From Octopus vulgaris (Eukaryota): a stretch of DNA of 64,000 bases. The notes beneath the pieces were generated by a model, which did no database searches, was not told the origin of the DNA, and worked only from the letters and a program-made list of their open reading frames with translations. Both the position numbers and the translations under genes were made by a program. The stretch spans positions 89,962,001 through 90,026,000 of the forward strand of contig OX597814.1 of the NCBI GenBank assembly GCA_951406725.2, written 5' to 3'. Each line of letters starts with the position of its first letter. The stretch's first letter is position 1. Shown here in pieces: positions 44,110-55,148 of this stretch.

Positions 44110-45497
44110 ATCTTTCCCAATACATAAAAGAGAATTGCAAAATATTCCTGGACGACTGTTTCATCCTCTGGAATGGAATCAAAACACTGACAAGCTCCTG
44201 GAATTCAAAAGAACTGGGTCAAACCAAACATACAATTCACAATGGAATACAACCAAAAGGAGCCCCCATTCTTGGATGTATTAGTTAAAAATATAAACCT
44301 AAAAATAGAAACGGATATTTTATAAAACCACAGATGTCGAACAGTATCTACTATTTAATTCATGCCACCCAAGACACACCAATTAAACATCACCTTCAAC
44401 CTTGCATGAAGGAATGCACCATAGTGTCAGAATAAGAACAAGAGACTGTAGTCTGCAAGAACTCAAAAACACCCTCATTGACAGACACTACCCAGTTCAA
44501 TTCATAGAGGATGGAATCAGACGTGCAGCACAAATCAACGTAGAAACCTTAAGAAATGTTCAAAACAGCAGCACACCTTCCCCGAAAATACTGCAGTACA
44601 TATCCACATACAACCCCAGAAACAAAGAAGCCTTCACCATCATCACCCAAAATCCACCAATGCTACATAAGGACCCCAAATTAAAGAAAATTTTACACAC
44701 ACATAAGATTATTAAAAGCCAAAATCAGCTGAAGACACCAAAAAAGAACCTTGTAACGGCAAAATTATTTTCTAAAATAACGGACACAAAAGTGAAAAAA
44801 ATGTGGTCGAACAAACTGGGCAACATGCCCAGACCTTCTAGAAGGATCAGAATTCCTTTTTAAAGAGGAACAAAAATTCAAAATTACTTTTGCCTCGGAA
44901 AACCTGATTTATGTTATAAGATGATCGGGCTGCCACCAAAACTACGAGATTATCGCTCAGACGGAGATGCACTCTGCACCGACAGCAGATTGCATTCCCA
45001 GAATACAGAATGATACCCTTCAGTTAACACATTAACAGATGCGCAAAACAACTACTACCACAATTTGTAATCTTTCCATTTTGTCAATGTGCCTTTGGAA
45101 CAACAACACAAATTAGATTAATTAAGGAAACCTACTTCATTGAAAAATCTAAACCAAAACTTAACCATTTCTAACATTTTATTCTAACAAAATCAAATCA
45201 TGCTAAATTAACAAACCCTAATCATTCCCAACATTTGCGATTATCTCCCTTATACCGAAAAATCTCTGACTACCCCCTCCTGTTTTGAACTCTTCTACAT
45301 AACACCATAGCGAATAGATGATACAACAACGGTAAAAAAAATTATGAAATTTGAAACGAAAATGTCAAACCGGTTATTTCTCCAAAAACAATGTCACTAT
45401 ACAAAATAATTTATAACATTTTTCCTAACATGACGATTTTAATATATTTTTTAAACTTATAATACAGATCTTAGGTAGTTTTTTCATTCTATTTTGT

Positions 45498-45520
<23 letters not shown>

Positions 45521-45528
<8 letters not shown>

Positions 45529-45666
45529 AAAGGGCTTAGTAAAATAAATTACTTTGCCGCATACTGAACTCATTAGAAATAGTTTTAAAAAAGTTTTTTA
45601 GCTGCTATTTCTAATGAGTTCAGTATGCGGCAAAGTAATTTATTTTACTAAGCCCTTTTATATAAT
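45521..45666. repeat. Perfect 62-bp inverted repeat with 22-nt spacer
   Basis: 45521-45582 is the reverse complement of 45605-45666. Confidence 0.95.
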
Positions 45667-45756
45667 GTAATAATTTGAATTCGCCTTAAATGGTCCCTTT
45701 GCATACTGAATACTTGGTGAAATTGATTACTTAATTAATTTTACCCTCAATTGTTG

Positions 45757-45816
<60 letters not shown>

Positions 45817-45975
45817 TATAGGGGTGCAGAACCTCACCAACAGTAAGCAACATCAAATACGACAACAAATGAGTTAAATAAGCAAACGACGAGGAGAGTA
45901 AAAAGTGGAAAATCGGACATATATATATATATATATATACTGTATGACCCCTCTGTCCGGCATTTGCCATGATGG

Positions 45976-46065
<90 letters not shown>

Positions 46066-47161
46066 CTCGACAACTGATGTTGATGTGTTTATTCCCGTAA
46101 CTTCGCAGTTCGCCAAAAGAGATTGACAGAATAAGTACTAGGCTTACAAAGAATAAATCCTAGCGAGGATTTGTTCGACAAAATGCGGTGCTCCAGAATG
46201 GCCGCAGTCAAATTTATATGTAATGTATATTTGTGTATTCATGCATGTGTTTTTATATAAGTGAATATACAATTCTAGACAGCTTTTAGCACCTTAATGC
46301 AACTGAAATTTCTCCAAACGAAAATCCAATTACAGTTGCTAACATGATTCATCGGAGTTTTACGTTATAAACATATATACCTCATGTAGGCCATCAATGA
46401 CTCGCCTTGTGAGAACGTTGTATGTGTTCCATCACGTTTTAATTTTATAGCGACCATGGGGCTCATCAACGACGACAAATGTAGCCATTACATCAATGTA
46501 AAAGATTAGCAACCAAGAATATAGCTTATTCTTACCAGCAATATAATGGAAACCTAAATAATTTGAAAACTAGTAATCATTATTTATTAGTATCACGATA
46601 TCAATATTGCCTAATATCTGATTGAAATGGTATCTAAATATTTTGCCTTTGTCAATATTCAGCAATAAAAATTCCGTGAATGTTAACAAGAAATGTCTCA
46701 TGAATAAAGGAAACATTACGTATTGTTTTACTTGAATAATTACAAATAGAAGAATTTAAGAAACAAAACAAAAGAAAAAAAGAATACAAATTTAAAAAGT
46801 ACAAGAAAACAGACACAAACATTGACTAAAAATGTACGGATGAAATTTTAAACAAAATTACGTGATAAAACCCATAATATGGGTTCGTCGGATACACACA
46901 CACACACACACACGAGATCAAGAATGCTTTTAGTTACGTCTTTATTAATCTTTAGAATATACCTTACGGGCACCCTGGAGTGTTTGGATGTAGATCCAAC
47001 GATGAATGCAAAGTATCGCTGATGATGTCTAGTAAACTTAAGTGGTGACTGAGTTTAACGCCTACTTTCTAAACATTAGTTCTTTAACCTTAAATTCGAC
47101 ACACACACACACACATATATATAATCAAACATAAATTAAAAACAGAACACAAAGGGTATCC

Positions 47162-47256
47162 CGGTACACGTGTTTCAAGCTTTATAAACAATCTGTTATT
47201 ACATCAGGATAGGTATATTATTGATATAAAAGATGGTTTAAAACTCTCTTCAGCCG
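47162..47256 (-). ncRNA. Penelope-type minimal type I hammerhead ribozyme with long stem II insert
   Basis: Minus: cgg-CTGAAGA-gagtttt...aaagctt-GAAAC-ACGT-GTA-ccg; palindromic stem III ACACGTGT, GUA site. Confidence 0.8.
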
Positions 47257-47562
47257 CAAACATTGTTAGTCCAAAGATTACATCACAAAATAAAAAGTAC
47301 ACGTAGTATTACCCATTATAATAGGTTTATCATATCTCTTTGAAAAGGTATATTTGTATAAAGGTTCGCTGGCTTTCAAAAATCTGCCCATACTGTACCA
47401 CCATTCAGCATAGATTGAATGTTAAATAGTTTGGATTGAGTTTATATTTAATTAGCGTATATAAGATAGAAAGAAAAAATTACAAGAGTAATAAAAGTAA
47501 AAATAAGGATAATAAAAGTAAAAATAAGGATAATAAAAGTAAAAATAATGATAATAAAGTTA

Positions 47563-48750
47563 GCATATCATCTAATCACCCACCCTGTATAATTGATACC
47601 ACAGTCCAAGCTGTTTCCGATTGACCATCTAAGTTATCCTCAAGCGAAAGTATTTTCAGTGATCATGCGCATCATTATAATGAAGCCCTCTCTAACGCTG
47701 GGAACACTCAGAAAATCTCTTTTGTTAAAATCTTAATTGTTAAAAACTGAAATGATAAACCACCTAGAGCATCCATCATTAGTAAGGCTCCGTCATATAA
47801 ACAAATTAGAGATTCTAGAGTTGGTTCTTTAAACGGAGGTAAAGTAAACAGGTCTAATAAAAGCACAGATACAACCAGCATAAATACAAATGAGGTTAAG
47901 ATCAAAAAACATAAAGAAAGAAATCACACCGATAAAAAACCCTACCGATAAGAGTAACACTAACAATAAAAGAATTCCTAAACGTAAGAACTGTAAATTA
48001 CGCAACTATATGTGGTATAACACACCATATAATGTAGCAGTTACAGGAAAATTATGCAAGAAAATATTTTCAAGTATATCCAATAACTTTCCACCCACTC
48101 ATAAATATAGTAGTATTCTATCCACTAAAACTACTAGAATCTCATATTCGACTCTCCTCAATATGAAATGCCTCATAATAAAACCAGAATAAAAAAGCTA
48201 GATTAAGAGCAAACAATAATAATCACTCTAACCCCAATAGTCCAAGAACTAATAATGGTAGTATCCAAATTAATAACAATAAACAAGTTATTATTCCTGC
48301 ACCTATGGTGTCTAACCACCTGGTTAACAACGTAGAGATAACTGATAGCAGTTCCTTAAATAATGATTTTTGTATTGACAACAACAGTGGCTATATCAAT
48401 AATAGTAACAATAACTATAATAATAATAACAGAAACAGTAATTACTATAGTAATGATCCTGATAGTAATAACATTGATGATAATGGTAGTAATAGCAGTA
48501 ATTATAATGATAGCAACAGTGTTAGGCCCAATAATCCTATCCCAATATCGAATCACAGTGATGAATCAATAAACCGAGACCCAACACAGATTAGTGGCAC
48601 ACCCTAGTGCCGCGTTAAATGACGTTATGTTCCTTAGAAATCTTGAAAATCATCATATTCCCTGATAAGGACAAGCTAGTCAAAAGATCGGAATTCAAAC
48701 CAACTTGCATGCATAAATTGTCTAAAATATTTAAATACTATAAGCCTTAA
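47563..48750 (+). pseudogene. Degenerate, internally deleted PLE of a different clade (Naiad-like)
   Basis: SSNHPPCII, LSSSESIF..YNEALSNAG, MWYNTPYN..NFPPTHKY..ISYS and terminal KRSEFKPTCMHK. Confidence 0.7.
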
Positions 48751-49929
48751 GTCTCCCTTCATGATCTTCTCTCATTGGAAATTCCATCAACTGCTCCCTC
48801 CTGCCACTATTCAGGCATTGAATTAACAACTCCTGGGTTTACTCCCAACTACTTACTTATTCAGTTTACTTTCGCCTAGCTAGATTCTGACCCCCATATA
48901 GTACACACATATTAAACAATCCGAGGACTTTAGACTTATTTATAGAGAACATATCTAAATAATTTAGTCATTGACTCTAAAATTTAGAATATCACTACCA
49001 CACACGTAGGTCTTATTAGCCAACACTAATAACTTCAATAATGTTTATAATAATATTATACAAGTAATCATGAACCTAGACTTCTTTAACTTCATATAAC
49101 ACTTCCTAAACAATTAAAATAGGAGTATAATTTACACAAGTGGATACACTTGAAATCTCGCCAATCACTATATTTTTCCAGTCACCAAATTATTACTTTT
49201 ATATTATTATATTATTACTATCATTATAATTTTTCTTCGTATTTTATTTTTTAACTTCCATCTTTTCATTTCATTTTATTTTGTTCTTTACATTTTCACT
49301 TTGTTTTTACCTCTTTGTAACCTATTAATATTTGTCATTTTAGGTATCTTTTTTACATTTCCAAATATATTTGATGTATTTTAATAATTTTGATATTTTT
49401 GATATCTTACAACACCTTTCTAATATCACCGGTTTATTCTGTCAGTGTTTTTACTACTTCTAATGCTCTTTCACTATTATTTTTTTAATGATTCTTGTAA
49501 AACTCTATTTTTTAAAAACGATTCTTGCATAATTCTATTCCTATAGAACCTTATATCTCTATATCAATTATTTCATTTATTGTTAATTTGCTACTCCTTT
49601 TATCACTTATATTTCTTTCTTTTCTTTTTAAATCATTTCCTTTATTGATCATCCCTCATTTCAAGTTGTTACTTAATACCAGATCTACTGGACAGACTTC
49701 AAAAAAAAAATTTTTTTTAAATGTTAAAAAAATTTTTTTTTAACTTTTAAAAACTTTAAAAGCTTTAAAATAGATGGAACTCAGTCTATTAAGAATAGTA
49801 TATTAAATATAACTGTTATGTACTCAAAAACAAGATATACACTTGAAAGGTGTATTGTATGTGTGTACACGTGAATGTATCCGGAGACTATATATGGATA
49901 TATATATATATATATATATATATCATAGT

Positions 49930-50253
49930 GTAATAAATAAAATGTATGCATACATACATATATGTACGTACCTACATCTACATGTATATATACATGCATA
50001 TATAAATATATATATATACGCGAGTAGAGGACACCACAAATGGACGTAGAACTCAACGAGAAACGAAAACGTAAAAACAAACATGGAAACGGACCTTAAT
50101 TTTAACAACGAAAAAACAGAGTACAAGACAAACAGCACAAGGAAAATTCCCCTTCATCAGCTGTCCCTAGTACGACTCCATGCGTGTTTCGAAGGTGAGG
50201 ACATAACACGACTCGTCGAACTAGCCCTTCCTGCGAAAGAATTAAATAAAATT
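49930..50253 (-). mobile_element. Short non-coding dispersed element carrying a rearranged hammerhead-like motif
   Basis: Homologous to 22861-23180; flanked by (TA)n. Confidence 0.7.
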
Positions 50254-50269
50254 CCCTCTATATATATAT

Positions 50270-50317
<48 letters not shown>

Positions 50318-50700
50318 TGTACGTGTGCTTAAGGATATGTAGATATGGTAGTGTAAGTATATGTTTACTAGGGTGTAACTGTAGATATGTGTGGAGATGT
50401 ATGCGTAGATCCGTGTATTTAAAGCTGTGCATAATGAGGCGTACTTGCATACGCTCGAGCATGTTAGCATATATATCTGTATAACACTTTATTTATATTA
50501 TTTTCTAATAATATAAAACTGCATAGACAATTGCATTTCAAATTGTCATATCATTTATAATAAAAATGATAGTAATAACAACAATAGTGAAAATGAAATT
50601 TAAAGAATATAAGTTTTTGCTTGAAGTGATGAATGCATGGTATCTTTATATATTTGTGTTAGTCCATCCATGAAGAGTGAGGTAGAGAAAGGAAGTTTGA

Positions 50701-53048
50701 TCAACGAGGAGTTTGCATATTAAGTTGTGTTTGGAATTTTTCAATAAAGAGATTCTCCTTGTTAATTCTCTCCTGTGTGGTGATCCCGTCTTTACATTGG
50801 TAGAAGGGGAATATATAGAATTTGGGGTTTAAGTCTTTAGCACATGAGTCTAAGTGGTCACTCAGTGGAATTTGTCGGTATTCCGGGAGATTTATTTGTT
50901 CTTTATGCACCGTTACTCGTTTACGTAACGGGAGACTCGTTTGTCCCACATAATTATGTTGGCAACCAGCGCATGTGAGAACGTAGATAAGGTTCTCGGA
51001 GGAACAGGAGAAGTTAGTCTTGATTTTAAACTTCGTACCTTGTTTGAAGGTAAATTCAGAGCCTTCAAGTAGAAAGGGGCAGGTACCACAGTTTGAGCGT
51101 GCACATTTTTTTACTGTTGGGGGTGGATGTGGTGTGTGAAGTTTGGCATTTGTCAAGAGTTTTTTTAAAGATTTGTGTTGCCTTTTGCATTTGAGGATTT
51201 TGTGTGTATTTATAATGTTTTTCATTTTTGGGTCTGTTGACAGTAGACTGAGGTTTTGTATGATTGTGGTGTATGCTTCGATATTTTTGGGGTTGTGGGT
51301 GGAAATGTATGGAAGTATTTTGAGGTTGTGTGTGGTGTTAGGTTGGGTGGTTATCAGTGTAGTGTTGTCTAGTTCTTTGGCGCGTTTTATTCCATACTCT
51401 ATAAGGGTGGAGGGATATTGACGTTGTAATAGTGTTTTTTTGAGGTCTTGAAGGCGTATTTCTCGTGTTTTTGGATCCGAGACAATGGTGCATACCCTTT
51501 TAGCTAAATTGAAAGGGATATTTGTCTTGGTGTGTTTTGGGTGGCATGAACTAAAGAGGAGGTATTGTTGTGAGTCTGTAGGTTTGTGGTAGATGTCTGT
51601 TATGATTTGGTTCTTAGGTGTTTTTATAATTAGGAGATCAAGGAATGGGAGATGATGTTTGCTTAATTCCATAGTGAATTGGATGTTGGGATGTATGTTG
51701 TTTAGTATGGTTTTGAATTCCAGGAGTTTTTCATAAGGTTCTTTCCATATGATGAAACAATCATCTAAATACCTTTTCCAGTTTTCCATTAGGTAGGTGT
51801 GGAAAACATGTCCAGATTTCTGGCTTGATATTTCATAGAGTGACAGTTCGAAGTAACCCATTATGAGATTCGCAAGGACTGGTGCAGCCTTGGTACCCAT
51901 CGCAATGCCACATTTTTGACGGTAGTGTGTGTCGTCGAAGAGAAAAAAATTGTTTGTCAGAATGAACTTAAGAGATTCTGTAATAAAAGACTTGTTAATG
52001 CGGTCAGGGAATGTCTCTGGGTGTTTTTCTAGCCAGAAGTCAATTGCCTCTATACCATACTCATGTGGAATGTTGGTGTAGAGGTTGATGACATCAAAGG
52101 ATACCAGGAGTGCCTCCTCGTTAACTGTTTTCGGGAGGTGTTTGAGCATGTCCAGATCATCCCTAATGAAACTTTTGATGTGGGTAAGGAAAGGTTTCAA
52201 AAGGATGTCTAGGAAGTTACTCAGGCGGTGTGTTTCACAGGAGGTACCAGCCACGATGGGCCTTAGTTTTAGGTCCTCCGGTGCTTTGATGTTGATGTGG
52301 ATGTCAGTGGAGAGTTTGCAGGCTTCGGTGATGTATTTGTTTTTATGGATTTTAGGAAGGCCATAAAAAAGGCTGGGCTTGCATTTGAAAATGGTGATAT
52401 AATCCCTTTCTTTTTCTGTGAGTCCCTGACCGTGTTGGCGTATGAGTGTGGTGAGGTTTCTGATTGTTTTTTGCTGTTTGTAGTTGTTAATAACCTCATA
52501 GAAAATGTTATTGTTAAGCATGGAGAACACTAGGTGTTTATAAAATTCCGTGTCCATAAGGACCACAGCACTCCCTTTGTCCGCTTCTTTGATGGTGAGG
52601 TTTTTATCCAGTTGTATGTCACGTAGGTTTTCCCATTCTTCCTTACTGAAATTGGATTTTACCTTGGTTTTGCTTGGGGTAAAGGGGAGACTCTGGATGT
52701 GTTTACAGAAATCGTCCAGTGTTTTATTTCTCCCTTTTGGTGGTAGGAAGTTGCTTTTATTTCTGATCAATGAGTCGTCCCCATTGTTGATATCTGTCAA
52801 AGCTTCTGTTAGGCGAAGTTTTCTGCAGAATTCAGAAACGTCATCCTTGACCTCCGGGGGTTGGGTGTTCTTGGGGTGGGTGTGAATTTCAAACCTCTTG
52901 CTAGGATGTTGATTTGGGTTGGTGTCAGTGTTTTGCTGGAGAGGTTTATAATTTTTGTTTTCTTATTTTGGGTCTGTGTTAGCGGTGGTGTTTGTATTTT
53001 TCCCCTCTGTCTAAAAAATGGTTGTTGAGGTAAGGGGTGTATTCTTTG
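50701..53048 (-). CDS. PLE ORF2: reverse transcriptase + Cys linker + GIY-YIG endonuclease (one homopolymer frameshift at ~52858)
   Basis: IINLSS..LARGLKFTPTP, LVSFDVINLYTNIP, QKCGIAMGTKAAPVLANL, RYLDDCF, KKCARSNCGTC, NLIYVLTCAGCQHNYVGQT, ENLFIEKF..LN. Confidence 0.95.
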
Positions 53049-54472
53049 TTAAAGTTCTGGTTGTATGTGTAGGAGTGTTTTTGGGTGGGGAGGTTGGAGG
53101 GGGGTAGGTAGTTGTCGTATTTGTGTTGGTATGGGATGCGATGGTGTAAGGATTTGTGAGAAATGCGATGGGTTTGTGGGTGTGTGTCTGGTAGATTGTA
53201 TGGGGGGATGTAGGGGGGTATGTAGTTGTGGTGATTGGGTTCGTGTGGGATGTGAGGGTTTGGAGATCTGTAGGAGATGTGGTAGGAATGTGGTTGTTGG
53301 ATGGGTGGACTATAGGGGTTTCGTTGGGTGGGTCTTATATGTATCGGTGTGGGTAGGATGCCTTGTTTGTTATTAGTGTGAGGGAGGGGAGCCTTGAGGG
53401 GGGATAATTTCTAGTGTATGGGAGGTTCTTGAAGGTTCTAATCGGTGGGGGAGGGGTGTTAGAGTGATTGGAAAACCAGGTTTTGTGGTGGGTCTTGTTT
53501 GAGATGTTTCGGGGGGGAAAAGGTTTTTTTATATGGTTGGGGGAGGTTGTGTCCTGTTAGGAGGGGGTTTGGAGAGTATGTGTATTTGAGGTGCGGTTTG
53601 GAATGGTGTTTATGGGGTACAGTGGAAGTCTGTGTTGTGGATACTTTTATGAATGGGTTTTTGGATTTATGGTTTAATATGAATTGTGTTTCATAGTTGA
53701 GGAAGAAATCTTTGTTGTTTTCCCAGCGTTTGAGGGAGGTTCGTTCTTCCTTTTCACATTCATCTTTCCATAGTTTAATAACAAGTTCGAGGGGCTGTTC
53801 GTTGGTGTGTGAGGTTAGTTCTAGAAGTATCTCATCGTCTATTTTTGTGTATTTTTGTTCGTGGTTTTGTGCTCTGAGTTTTAGAAGTTCTACTTCGGTT
53901 TTCATTTTTTCCAATGTTAGTTTTTCTCTTAGGGAGCGTTGTTTTTCAGGTTCGTCTGGGATGTGTTTGATTTGGAATTTTCGGGGTAGTATGATAGGGG
54001 AGGAGTTTAACCATTTGTCGTAAATTTCAGCTTTGTTTTGGTTTTTGAGCATGTTCCAGAAGAGAAGTTTTCTGTTGTGTAGTTTCTTAGTCCAAGTAGT
54101 GATGATCTGGTTTTTAATGCGTTGTGCTGGGGTTGAAATGTGTTCCTTCTGTGTGTTGAGTGGTGTCTGAAGTCTCTTTGGCGTTGAATTGGTAAGTAGA
54201 GTTTTCAGTGTAGTGTTGATTTCATTTAGGTTTACATCTATCTTATCCGAAAGTAGAGTTTTCAGTGTAGTGTTGATTTCGTTTAGGTTTACATCAATTT
54301 TATCCGAAAGTTGTTGATGATGGTTGTTTTCTGAGTTGTCCCGGGATTGAAGGAGAAGTTCGTCAATTTTTTTGGAGAATGTAAGTAGATGTGTATTGAG
54401 TACTTTGAGTTCTTTTAGAATGGTCTTATTGGTGACTGTCTCTGTAAGAGTGCTCTTGTTTTTCGGAGGCAT
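52979..54472 (-). CDS. PLE ORF1: helical/coiled-coil N-terminus plus Pro/His/Tyr-rich tail (net-zero indels at ~53400-53600)
   Basis: 337-aa ORF from ATG 54472; the same frame reopens from ~53398 (LKAPLPHTNNKQGILPTP...) to TAA 52979. A homolog occurs at 41850-42030. Confidence 0.75.
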
Positions 54473-54510
54473 TCTGAATCACACGTGTGGTAGAGGGTAC
54501 AGATCAATAA

Positions 54511-55117
54511 ATGGTGGGGTTGTGTTGACCGCACGTGGAGAAATGATAAGTAAGGAAAAATTTTTTTAAAAATGCAGAATGCTCAAATGAAAGAAAATTT
54601 TAATAAAATGAGAAATTGATAAAATATATAAATATATATTTATTCAACCGGTTTTCGTCATTGTATGACTTGTCAAGAATATTTATGTTTTAAGAAGTTT
54701 TTTTAAAAATTAGAAAGGGGAAAAAAAGAAAATTGCATTGTTTTTTGTAAAAGAATAATGATAAAAATGTACAAAAATTAAAAAATAAGTTCTCCGATAC
54801 ATTGTGAGTTCGTTGTGTATCTTGAGTTTTATGGTTGTTTACCAAAAAAATTACCTTGAGGTGTTAAGATCCAAAGGGATTAAGAGCATGTGATGTGTTG
54901 TGTTGTTAAATTCAGCATGTTTGCAGGACAGGAAGTAGTAGTAATTGTGGTCCTAGTTCTTCAGTTCCTGTGTTGTGAGTAAGGGAGACAACTCTTTTGA
55001 GTTCTTCAATAAAACCCAAATTATAAAACTATCATTTTAGCTTCATTTGCATTATCTTTTTTATATAATTGCTTGTTAACTTAACTTTCAGATTTTAACA
55101 CTTTATTTATATTATTT
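54511..55117 (-). repeat. 5' pseudo-LTR of the PLE
   Basis: Near-identical reverse complement of 57314-57928; ends ~40 nt upstream of the ORF1 ATG. Confidence 0.9.
54641..54681 (-). ncRNA. Variant minimal hammerhead-like motif in pLTR
   Basis: Identical to 57749-57789 on the opposite strand. Confidence 0.6.
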
Positions 55118-55148
55118 AAACCAAGGTAAAATCCAATTAAATCCAATT

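Larger units (their letters stand above)
41850..45175 (+). pseudogene. Degenerate Neptune-type Penelope-like element (ORF1 remnant + RT + GIY-YIG)
   Basis: KSELELLRLRA..KYKSIDEEI (ORF1 homolog), VINLS..LSKGLKFAPTP, FDVINLYTSIP, GIAMGT, FLDDCF, NLIYVI; multiple stops and two SINE insertions. Confidence 0.9.

Noticed and set aside
45310-45382. Possible decayed hammerhead (…aaaccggttattt) after the old PLE
   Set aside because: Core nucleotides are missing; too degenerate to support.
47015-47065. CTGATGA followed by gtc...gac
   Set aside because: No GAAA, stem III or cleavage triplet follows.
47488-47560. 21-bp x3 repeat (also 18-bp x3 at ~34466-34525 and ~30-bp x2 at ~20077-20135) as CRISPR-like arrays
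   Set aside because: Simple tandem duplications without spacers in a eukaryotic context.
47620-47626. In-frame TGA in the Naiad-like remnant as possible selenocysteine
   Set aside because: It falls where Arg is expected (likely CGA>TGA) in a decayed copy; no SECIS identified.
51143-54569. Plus-strand ORFs opposite the PLE
   Set aside because: Antisense shadows of an A/C-rich coding strand.
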